Of a stretch of 64,000 nucleotides of DNA, positions 38,781-50,157 are shown one piece after another. The stretch's first letter is position 1. Each line of letters opens with the position of its first letter. The stretch is from Eledone cirrhosa (Eukaryota), in the NCBI GenBank assembly GCA_964016885.1, contig OZ024743.1, forward strand, positions 72,726,001-72,790,000, written 5' to 3'. Below the pieces are notes generated by a model that saw only the letters and a program-made list of their open reading frames with translations, was not told where the DNA came from and made no database searches. Position numbers and translations under genes: made by a program.

Positions 38781-39175
38781 TATATATGGATGTATATATA
38801 ATGTATTTTGCAATACACTTTATGCTTAGTTAAAAGCATTTTGAAGACCGTAAGCTATTGTTTTTTAGAGTAGTGACAAATTCACTTACTTTGAGCTCAG
38901 CAAACTATTTACTAGAATTCTATAAGAATATAACATCAGTGATCTCGGTAGACAGGTGGGAGTAGTTAGCCTTGATAAGCTTCAACAAAAGCGAAACAAG
39001 GCCTTGTCGGCTTATCTCCCCTGTTTGCTGAGATCAAAGTAAGTGAATTTGTCACTACTCTAAAAAAACAATAGCTTACGGTCTTCAAAATGCTTTTAAC
39101 TAAGCATAAAGTGTATTGCAAAATACATTATATATACATCCATATATATATTGCTATTTCAGAGCTCCAATTCTA

Positions 39176-39178
<3 letters not shown>
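38781..39178 (+). mobile_element. Fold-back element H2: ~125-bp inverted arms around a hammerhead, in (TA)n
   Basis: 38781-38905 vs 39023-39150 nearly identical in inverted orientation; ~28-nt unique 3' tail, then (TA)n. Confidence 0.85.
38958..39020 (+). ncRNA. Type-I hammerhead ribozyme, U3-A8 core variant
   Basis: gggag..agcc-TTGATAA-gctt-caacaa-aagc-GAAA-caaggccttg-TC-ggct..ctccc; GUC site at 39006-39008. Confidence 0.82.
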
Positions 39179-39234
<56 letters not shown>

Positions 39235-39238
<4 letters not shown>

Positions 39239-40287
39239 TATGTATGTATGTATACGTACATACATATATGTATACAGACGTACAGTATTATGTATATATA
39301 TATACACATACATGCACACATATATGTATGCACGTATCGGTTTACCGAACATTTATTCTAATGCTCGGTTTGTTTGTTTGTAAAGAAACCAACAGCCCGA
39401 ATTACGCCGTTCAGTGTTTAGGCAACCACGTCACCTTTTTGTTCAACACGGACACATGAACGATGTACTAGTTTCAAGCTTATTAGCTATCGTCAGCACC
39501 GTATACCCTCCTGCCAGATGGTTGAACGTCTGAACGTATATACTTTCCTTATGCATATTAACGGCTAAGCAGCCTAATTTGCATATCGAGTGAGTTTAGT
39601 CGGCCGGGCGCACCGAACACGATAAATGGAATAGAATGAAACGAAATTTCATTTCTCACTCATAGTACGGCACTTACTTAAATGTAAGTATGTAAGTATG
39701 TATACGTACATACATATATGTATACATACGTACAGTATTATGTATATACATACATACATGCACACATATATATATATGCACGTATCGGTTTACCGAACAT
39801 TTATTATAATGTTCGGTTTGTTTGTTTGTAAACAAACAAACAGCCCGAATTATGCCGTACAGTGTTTAGGCAACCACGTAACCTTTTTGTTCAACACTGA
39901 CACAGGAACGTGTACTAGTTAATATGCATAAGCAAAGTATATACTTTCAGACGTTCAACCATCTTGCATGTGGGTATACGATGCTGACGATAGCTAATAA
40001 GCTTGAAACTAGTACAGCGTTCCTGTGTCAGTGTTGAACAAAAAGGTGACATTGTTGCCTAAACACTGTACGGCGTAATTCGGGCTGTTTGTTTGTTTAC
40101 AAACAAACAAACCGAGCATTATAATAAATGTTCGGTAAACTGATACGTGCATATATATATATGTGCATGCATGTATATATATACATACTACTGTACGTCT
40201 GTATACATATATGTATGTACGTATACATACATACATACTTACATTTAAGTAAGTGCCGTACTAAGAATGAGAATTTCGTTTTATTCT

Positions 40288-40291
<4 letters not shown>
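39235..40291. mobile_element. Family H1: ~1.5 tandem monomers (minus) joined to a plus-strand monomer
   Basis: 450-bp period (39235/39685); inversion at about 39920; CTGACGA-core hammerheads at 39460-39502 (-) and 39978-40020 (+); (TA)n flanks. Confidence 0.85.
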
Positions 40292-40351
<60 letters not shown>

Positions 40352-41105
40352 CATACAAACGAGCGTGTGCTGAAAAGTTCCTGTCTTTGGGTGAAAGAAA
40401 ATACAGGAGAAACAGTTTATTATGATTTTATTCAACATATTTCCTGCTCAGATTTACACACCTATTGCAGCCGTCCTTAGGTTTTTCTAAGCCCTGCAAA
40501 AACAACTCGGAAGGATAGGCCTCCAAACGGGCCTCAGTAGTAGCGATGGAGTCAGGAACGTTTCAGCACGACCTCATATATATGCGTATACATGTATGCG
40601 TGAGGGTGTGTGTGTGTGTATGTGTTTGTATGTGTGTGTGTCTGTTAGTGTGCACGCCCTCCATATATCTCACGTGCCAACAAACGTATACTTACTTGAT
40701 ATGTGCTTTTAACTAATCCTAATAACATCATAGAAACGATTCTCTTTATTTTATCCATCTGGTGTATTGTGAAACAATCTACATTTTACCCGAGATGTTT
40801 CGAAGAATATTTCGCTACAAATTGGTAGATATATTTATGATAATACACTGTCGATAGTGTATAATATAAGTAATATAGAATAACGTATTTTATATCATAA
40901 TGAAATATATGCGGTTTAATGTTCTATTTTGCCTTTTAAATATATTTCCAGAAGCGAACGTTAAGATGGATCTTTTTATCTTAATAACGTTATTAAAAGA
41001 AATATTAAGTTTTTGAGATTCAAATCCATTCAATTAAATTTTGCATACACATAAATTCCCGAATCCATTATCTCCCCCCCCCCTCCTTTCGTGTATGTAT
41101 ATATA

Positions 41106-41700
41106 TTTACAAACAAACCGAGCATTATAATAAATGTTCGGTAAACCCATACGTACATATGTGTATATGTGTGCATGTATGCATATACATACTACTGTAC
41201 GTCTGTATACATATATTATATTTAAGTATCAGCCGTACTAAGAGTGAGAAATGAAATTTAATTTGTTCCATTTATCGTTTTCAGTACGCCCGGCCGACTA
41301 ACTGACTCGATATGTAAATTAGGCTGCTCACCCGTTAATATGCATAAGGAAAGTATATACTTTCAAACGTTCAATCAACTGACAGGAAGGTATACGGTGC
41401 TGATGACAGCTAATAAGCTAGAAACTATTTCATCCTTCCTTTGTTAGTGTTGAACAAAATAGCAACGATGGTTGCCCAACATTGTACTGCTAATAATTCG
41501 GGATGTTTGTTTAAAAACAAACTGAGCATTAAAATAAATGTTCGGTCAACCCATACGTGCATATATGTATATGTGTGCATGTATATATGTATATACATAC
41601 TACTGTACGTCTGTATACATATATGTATGTAGCTATACATACTTATATTTAAATATCAGCCGTACTAAGAGTGAGAAATGAAATTTTATTTTTCCCATTT
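41106..41700 (+). mobile_element. Family H1: ~1.4 tandem monomers, hammerhead with mutated stem III
   Basis: 427-bp period (41241/41668); CTGATGA..GAAA at 41394-41436; ends at the same point before (TA)n. Confidence 0.82.
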
Positions 41701-41764
41701 ATATATATATATATATTTATTAAAATAACAGTTTAAAGTTTAAGGAAAGAATCGCTGGACTCCA

Positions 41765-41895
41765 GAAATAGCCGTCGAAACGGCTTGACCTCTGCCGTCG
41801 GGGTCTTACTTTTTTCTATTTCCCACTCTACTACCCTAAGTATTGAGTACTCTGGTGCGTTATGGTTCATCTGGTTCCTTACCACAAATCTTTGT

Positions 41896-41897
<2 letters not shown>
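41765..41897 (+). mobile_element. Family H6 short element (3' half of a hammerhead plus tail)
   Basis: agaaatagccgtc-GAAA-cggc-ttgacctct-gccg-TC-ggggtc; homologues at about 37055-37172, 50098-50240, 53438-53587 and 55279-55472. Confidence 0.7.
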
Positions 41898-41926
<29 letters not shown>

Positions 41927-41932
41927 ATATAC

Positions 41933-42000
<68 letters not shown>

Positions 42001-42056
42001 ATATATGTGTGTGTGTGTGTGTATATATATGTGTGTGTGTGTGTGTGTGTATATAC

Positions 42057-42133
<77 letters not shown>

Positions 42134-42407
42134 TGTGTGGGTGTGTATATATGTGTGTGTGTGTATATATATATATATGTATGTATATGGCCACGAAGAT
42201 TTGTATATTTAAAAGTGTTGCCATATTATCTGTGGGGCAAGTGGCTCCTCCTCTTATTTCCTTCTGTAGCACTATTGTGCCGTCAATATATCTTCTGTCC
42301 TATACATCATTATTGTCTCGTCCTTTAACCTCCATCATGTTTCACATCATCTATGTGTGGTGAGTCCTACCAATCAAAACCTTCCTCTCTCAGCATTATT
42401 TTCTTTT

Positions 42408-42517
42408 CAAATCCCGCCGAGCTTAACTTTGCCTTTCATCCTTACGGGGCCGATAAAATAAAGTACCAGTAATGCACTGGGTGATTGCTGGCCTTGTGCC
42501 AAAAGTAGAAACAATTA
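42408..42517 (+). mobile_element. SINE family 1 (5'-truncated)
   Basis: Conserved core and 3' end. Confidence 0.8.
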
Positions 42518-42786
42518 TTTTCTTTGTCTTTGTGTTCGTGTCAATAGGGCTAACTGACAGTTTTGGCCACATATTGTTCAAAATAAATGTCGTATACTTA
42601 ATTCCATATAGGATTTGTTCGTGTCCTGAAATTTCACTTAACCTTTGTTTTTTAAGATTTGTAATTGTTTACCTTACCAGATACTGTGAGCGGGATGGAT
42701 CAGATTTAACCTCGATCAATTCAGAAGAAAAATATGTTCATTTCGACGGCTGATGAACGCAGAGATTTTGTATTCCCGTTGCCTTG

Positions 42787-42880
<94 letters not shown>

Positions 42881-42885
42881 GAATA

Positions 42886-42923
<38 letters not shown>

Positions 42924-42963
42924 AGTGTATACGTGTGTATATGTGTGTATACGTGTGTGTGCT

Positions 42964-42995
<32 letters not shown>

Positions 42996-43056
42996 TGTGT
43001 GTGTTTTCTCCGTTTCAACAGCTAGTGCATATATATATCGGTGTATTATTGACTAG

Positions 43057-43245
43057 CGGTAGATTGGCAGTATCGGAAGAGGGTCGACACCATGCTTTGA
43101 CGCATAGAGTTGCGGCCCTTGCCATTCTGAGTTCAAATCCTACCGAGCTTATATTTGCCTTTCATTCATACGGGGTCGATTAAATAAAGTACCAATAATG
43201 CACTTGGATAATTGCTGGTCTCGTGCCAAAAGTAGAAACAATTAT
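43057..43245 (+). mobile_element. SINE family 1
   Basis: Head, B-box, core and 3' end as at 33645. Confidence 0.82.
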
Positions 43246-43958
43246 TGACTGACCTGAGAATGAGTACTGAATATCGATGGATAGTTTAAATGTTAATTTA
43301 TTATGGCTAGTGGTGAACTTTGTTACTGATGTGTTTCACGATCGTACTCACAGGTGAAACATATATGTAGATTCAAAGCTTCTCTGGGTTGATTTATTGA
43401 GAATCCTGTCAAGTTAAATGGTAACACCAGGTTACATATTTTTCACCAAATACGTTGTTCATTCAACAACACTTCATGATATAATAAAACCAGTTGAGGT
43501 CCTCAATATCATGCTTCATTCAACAATACCTCGTAATTTTATCAACCAGTGGAAGCCCTCAATATCATGCTTTTTAAGTCTATTTACCATCTTGTTCTCT
43601 TTTATGTAAAAACATAAACAAATATATATCAATGAAACCACGTGTAATGCACAAATAAATATTCCCATCTTGCCCACTGTGTGTTGATTGATTTAACTTT
43701 CTTTTGAATATAAACATCTATATATACATGTATATATAGATCTATATAAATAAGTATATATACATGTATATATACTATATATTAGTGATTCGGCAAAAAT
43801 GATCGATAACATCAATTTCATACTTGAATTAATTTAAATGAAACAGGTGGACCATTTAAAAATGAAAAGACATTGTGCGTGGTCCTGTATACACACTCAC
43901 ACCTATATACACACACAGACAGACACACAGACATATATATATATGTATGTGTCTTGTC

Positions 43959-44001
<43 letters not shown>

Positions 44002-44019
44002 TTATTTATATATATATCA

Positions 44020-45071
44020 AAATAAAGATCCGAAGGCATGGTATAAATTTCAAATCATTTTAATCACGACACATGTTTCAATAAGAAATAGATCGATCGT
44101 GCGGCCATGATCAATTATCACTGATTTCGTCAGGTAAAAATGAATTGTCTTCAACTCCTTGATATGAGGGAGAACATTTAACGATATTCACTCACTAGAG
44201 TTTTGTCCCCCATATGAAGATTAAGCAGCCAAAACACGCTGACTGCTATCGTCCTCAGTTAGGGTCATAAAACTATCAAGTCTTTATCTCTCAATAGCTG
44301 TAACCGACGCTGGACGGCAACATCGAATCTTTAGAATTACAGTCAGTCACAGTTAGTGTGAGTGAGTACACACACACTCACATACACCGACGAGAGGTCG
44401 AAGAAAATATATATACAAACCAACATAGTATTCACCGAATGTTAGTTTACAAAACAACGAATGTTATATTGGTCAAATCTCCATTTGACGATGTAAATTG
44501 GAGAAATTGGGTCAACCGCAACCCTATACACACGCAAGAAAATTCAGTTCAATGTTCTGCTGTACGTGTATCGATTGAAGTGTAAATAGTGTATGTTTTG
44601 GTATATACAGATCCGTACCGTCTAAAAAAGTGTATATTTTGGTATATACACATCCATGTGAAGAGCAAGTATTCAGTTCATATCGAACTCTGTTTATGCC
44701 GTTGTCCCATTGAGAATTTCAAACTAACTCTGACCGACTGTAATTCTAAAGATTTGATGTTGAGATTAGACCCGTCCACCGTCTTTTACAGCTATTGAGA
44801 GATAGAGACTTGATAGTTTTATTAGCCTAACTGAGGACGATAGCAGTCAGCGTGTTTTGGATGCTTAATCTTCATATGGGGGAGAAAACTCTAGTGAGTG
44901 AATATCGTTAAATGTTCTCCCTCATATCAGGGAGTTGAAGACAATTCATTTTCAACTGACGAGATCAGTGATAATCGATCATGGCCGCAAGATCGTTCTA
45001 TCTGTTATTGAAACATGTGTCGTGATTAAAATGATTGGACATTTTTTACCATGCCGTCGGATTTTTATTTT
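44020..45071. mobile_element. Fold-back element H3: ~340-bp diverged inverted arms, each with a long-stem-II hammerhead
   Basis: 44020-44360 vs 44720-45071; CTGACGA..GAAAcatgtgTC at 44055-44143 (-) and 44946-45034 (+); (TA)n nearby on both sides. Confidence 0.75.
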
Positions 45072-45201
45072 CATACAAATACTCCGTTTTACATCTTCTA
45101 GCTGTTCCCTTAAATGGAATTGGAGATATACAAAAGCGTGGAGAACTTAATATTGCTAACAAAAGTTTATTGGACCGTATGACACAACCAATAATACACC
45201 T

Positions 45202-45283
<82 letters not shown>

Positions 45284-45547
45284 GTTATATATATATGACA
45301 AGTAAGTATGTTTTGAAACAGTGAGTGAGCAGGTTTGTAATTAGAAATAGAATAGCTTTCACCGTATTTTTGTTTACTAAAGGAATTTTAGTCTGATAAT
45401 GGGGTTTAGAACCCTCAGATAAATGGAAAAAGATGAGTATTGATGTATATGGGATGTACATATATATATACTCCCATAAACTATCAACTTAATTAAGTTT
45501 ATTTATTTAAAAGTGTGCGTCGAAGCGGTTAAGTTAATTTAATAGTC

Positions 45548-45611
<64 letters not shown>

Positions 45612-47320
45612 AGCTTATAGTTGATTCAAATGTTACCCAGAATTACCCAACTGAACAATCGCTTGTGAGGCGACTATGTGTAACAAATGAATAATCAGTT
45701 TAGAAATATTCTACGCTATCCATCTCTAAATATCTTAAAGCTTAACGATTTGGGTTTAAAGAGATAAACATAGTTTGATGTTATTATATAACAGATATTC
45801 TACTGTAAGGAGTTTTCCGATGAAAAACAAACATTTTAGCTTTTTGTATATTCTATATCTTTGATATATAATGTATACCTTTTAACAGATGAATATTATG
45901 AAGTTTTTATTCAGATGAATAAGTGCGATTATTTCACATTATATGGTTTCTGATTTCAACAACAAAGATGATATATTCTCAAACATATTACGAAATATCA
46001 GGGAAGGTATTGTCGCCAGTTTCTATAATGCAGAGTTCTGTAGACAATTGACTTCATATTATTTGTTATTTTAGTAATTAATTGACATCAATATCAACGT
46101 TTCTCTATACACTACAATTCCAACACATTTCAGTAATGTTGCAGAATCTTATTCATTGGAAATATTGTTTTCCTTTTGTAGTTCGAAAACCACAGATCGT
46201 TTCCCTAAATCAATTACCGAATCGATCGGAATCTGTATCGTATTCTTATTTTATTGCCCCGAATTTGTAAGAAAGTCGACTTCACTGCATTGTAAATGAA
46301 ATTGACAATCTACCGTTCTTCTTTCAACTCTTTCTTTCACCAAAAATAATATAAAGAACGGTGACACCAGATGGTGACGGTATCAAGAATCTTCAACAGA
46401 AGCTAGCAGTTCAAGGTTACCAGAACTTATACTTATCCTATAGTCGATCAATACACCTACTTGTATATTTCATGTAGAGAATCACCCATTTATTTGGCTA
46501 AGAGGAAATACTACATTTCCATAATAGAAAAACACTATAGGAACACAATATTATTAGACATTCACACAAATTCATACATAATCTCAGTTTCTATTCTTGT
46601 GTAATAATATTTAATATATTGGTATACCTAAGTTAATTACGCAAGGAATATACACTCTCTATACTAAGACCAAATCGATTGGTTTATAAATAGTAATTTA
46701 CTCAATTTACTTAATGTGCTAGAATCAATCGTTTAAATAATCATGAATACGATTATTACGCATTCAAAGATATTTATTCATATATATCTAACTAAAATGT
46801 CGAGAGGTGTGATATTTATATATTTCCGTAAATAATAGCTAGTAAATTAAGTGAAACGAAATAGTATAACTGTGAATCGAAAGCTGTGCTCTTACTCAGC
46901 TGGGTGATAGCACAACACTTTGTTCTACTACGCTAGGCAGACATATACAAATTAATCAGATAAAATTCAAATAAGTTTGTATTCGGGTTAACTATCTGAG
47001 CCAGTGGGAGTGATAATAAATAAATATGATTAACGATCAACTGAAGTATACTACAGCTGGGTAGGACTGACACTTCCAATCGGCCGTTTGGATATCTGCC
47101 AGCAAATCTAAATGGAAAGTGTGTAAAGTCGGAAACAGAATATATTCAAAATAACAAAACGATGTAAAGATAATTGATTATGGATGACAAGCGAGTAGAA
47201 TCTCCAACTGCAAAAGATGCTCACAATATCTATCCATGTCTATCTATCTGTATATTTATCGCAAAATCTCTTTATCTATACAGCCCCCCCCCCCCTCTCT
47301 CTCTTTATATATATACACAT

Positions 47321-47357
<37 letters not shown>

Positions 47358-47383
47358 CATATTTATATATATACATCTATGTA

Positions 47384-47428
<45 letters not shown>

Positions 47429-47563
47429 GTATGTGTATATATATACACACACACACATATATATATATATATACATGTATATATATATTTAATACATGTA
47501 TATATACATGTGTATATATATAGATGTATATATAAATATACAGTATATATACACATAAATATA

Positions 47564-47602
<39 letters not shown>

Positions 47603-47677
47603 TATATATATACACTATTTATATATGTGTGTTTGTGTATTTGTGTGTGTGTCCGTGCGTGTGTATGCATGTGTGCA

Positions 47678-47802
<125 letters not shown>

Positions 47803-48198
47803 AAAACATATGTGAGAGATAGAATAACATAAAAAACGACGGCAACACTTCTAATAATGGAAACAAAGCAGAGAACTTCACAAGACTTAATCAATATCTC
47901 TTTGGCTAAATGGTGGAAATGCTAAACATTTAGGAAATCATTTTTTTGTGTATCGTTTAGTAACTTATTGAAACTAATGTTTCCATTAAAAGTTACATAT
48001 TTGTCCGCTTTATTTTGAATATATTCATATAAATAGTTTCTATATCTTCATCCGATATCAAGATGAGACAGTTACTCACCTAGAAAGATTTAATATTTCT
48101 AGTCAAGGATTGAAGTAATACTGGTTTGTGTTATTTAAATTTTCTTACAGCCATTTTAACGGCCGTAATGAGCAATAAAATTAGAGTTTCCATTTGGC

Positions 48199-48390
48199 CT
48201 TTCTTCTTCTTCTTCTTCTTCTTCTTCTTCTTCTTCTTCTTCTCCTTCTCCTCCTCCTCCTCCTCCTCCTCCTCCTCCTCTCCTCCTTCTTCTTCTTCTT
48301 CTTCTTCTTCTTCATCTTTGCTCATTTATTCCTGAGAGGGTCGTGAGGGCAGGGTCTTCTAACTCTTCTTCCAACGGGCCCTGACATTTT
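48199..48390 (-). mobile_element. Probable RTE-type LINE 3' tip with (GAA)/(GGA)n tail
   Basis: rc ..cgttggaagaag..agaccctgccctcacg.. then gaagaa repeats; resembles 59690-59838. Confidence 0.45.
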
Positions 48391-48459
48391 CTTAATATGA
48401 CGTAAAGGGAAAATAAATATTTAACACAAAATTGTGAGGCCTTATAATTATAATGATTA

Positions 48460-48598
48460 TAGAGTTACGGCCCTTGCCATTCTGAGTTCAAATCCCGCCG
48501 AGGTTAACTTTGCCTTTCATCCTTACGGGTTCGATAGAATAAAGTACCAGTAATGCACTGGGTAATTGCTGGCCTTGTGCCAAAAGTAGAAATAATTA
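48460..48598 (+). mobile_element. SINE family 1
   Basis: Conserved core. Confidence 0.82.
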
Positions 48599-48620
48599 TT
48601 GGATTGCGACATATTATTTG

Positions 48621-48881
48621 AGGGAGCCAGTGATTTAGCGGTAATGGTTTTGGACTTACGATCATACTGTTGTGTGTTCAATTCCTGGGCTAGTTGTGTT
48701 TTGTATTCTTGAGCACAACAGTTCATTTCATTTTGGTCCAGTATACTTAGCTGAAAATAAATAGCAACAATAGCTGGGGGGTTTAATCCTGCGATGAACT
48801 GGTGTCTTGTCCTTCACGCCACGAAACCGTGATAAGCTCCGGTCTGACGATCCTCCTGATTGGAGACAGACCTTTTACTTT
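48621..48881 (+). mobile_element. tRNA-derived SINE family 2 (CORE-like)
   Basis: tRNA-like head (gttcaattcc), ttcttgagcacaac..catttc core, 3' cctgcgatg..gaaacc..gataagctccgg..ccttttacttt. Confidence 0.7.
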
Positions 48882-49506
48882 AGGTATATTAGATAAACGA
48901 TTTTGATGTATGAATTATGTAATATATCTCACAAGTCTAATTGATAATTATGCATTCAGCTTTGTTAAACTAGTCGTGGACAATTCAATGTAAGGAAATC
49001 AAGCATCTATAGCTTCCTTTCCTGGAGAAAAAATGTAACTATCACAAAAACAAAGCCATTCTCTATTGCAGGTGATTTAAATGAAAATAGGATTGAAAAT
49101 TAAGACTGAATTGTAGGAAGCCGAGATGTAATCCGTTCCTGAACTAAGAAATAAATATATTTCAAGTATCAATATGTTATTAGAAATAAGTGTGTGGCCT
49201 ATTCACAATTTATAAAAATATGCAATATTACACCATCGACCAGTGATTGAGTAGGATATTAAACTTAAAATAAACCATGGAAACCATGAAAACCATGTTT
49301 TATAGGCAAAATTTGATGTTTTGTTGCATTTAGTTGCCAGTTATTATACAGAATAATACCCACCTTACAATAAAAATGATTACATGTCTGTGTGAAACTC
49401 TGCTAACTCTACCACTCAACATCTATCAGATTCTCATTAAATATATTTAATTCACACCACTTCATTTGACAACGACGCTGTTAAAGAATGTAATAGCATG
49501 TGTAAG

Positions 49507-49618
<112 letters not shown>

Positions 49619-49685
49619 GTTGTGTATAATGGTAGCTATGGTGCTTCCATAGGCGGTATGCCAACATTAGCAGAGTAGAGTGTAG

Positions 49686-50020
49686 ATAGTATAAAGAAAA
49701 CGAAAAATCAGTGATGCATCTCGACTTAATTTATTGCGTGTTACAATTGTTTCGCCGACAGGTAGCTCGAGACATGGTCCTTGTATGGATCTGGCTGATT
49801 CTACTGCTGCGGGTTCTTTCAGACACGGTTGTTTCCTCTGGAGCAAATTTTATCAGTGATAAAATTGGCTCCAAACGAAACACCCGTGTCTGAAAGAACC
49901 CGCAGATGTAGAATCAGCCAGATCCATACAAGGACCATGTCTCGAGCTACCTGCCGGCGAAACAATTGTAACACGAAATAAATTAAATCCAGATGCATCA
50001 CTGATATTTCGTTTTCTTTA

Positions 50021-50026
<6 letters not shown>
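49686..50026. mobile_element. Fold-back element H4: 341-bp palindrome with a hammerhead in each arm
   Basis: Centre at 49856 (ttttatca-g-tgataaaa); about 11 mismatches in 170 bp by eye; cgtgt-CTGAAAGA..GAAA-caattg-TA-acacg at 49885-49975 (+) and 49737-49827 (-); terminal fragment also at 54162-54210. Confidence 0.82.
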
Positions 50027-50099
<73 letters not shown>

Positions 50100-50123
50100 A
50101 ACGAGTAGGCCCCCGACGGCTGA

Positions 50124-50157
<34 letters not shown>

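Noticed and set aside
42745-42790. Isolated CTGATGA (also 10727, 56188)
   Set aside because: No GAAA strand or stem I partner
41785-43183. YI/VC/TH-repeat ORFs here and at 29.9, 47, 50, 57 and 62 kb
   Set aside because: Translations of (TA)n/(CA)n microsatellites
48825-48870. Hammerhead from gaaacc..ctgacga in the SINE tail
   Set aside because: No consistent three-stem topology; ordinary SINE 3' sequence
49686-50026. A-to-I editing footprint in arm mismatches
   Set aside because: Mismatches are mixed, many are transversions; no A/G bias
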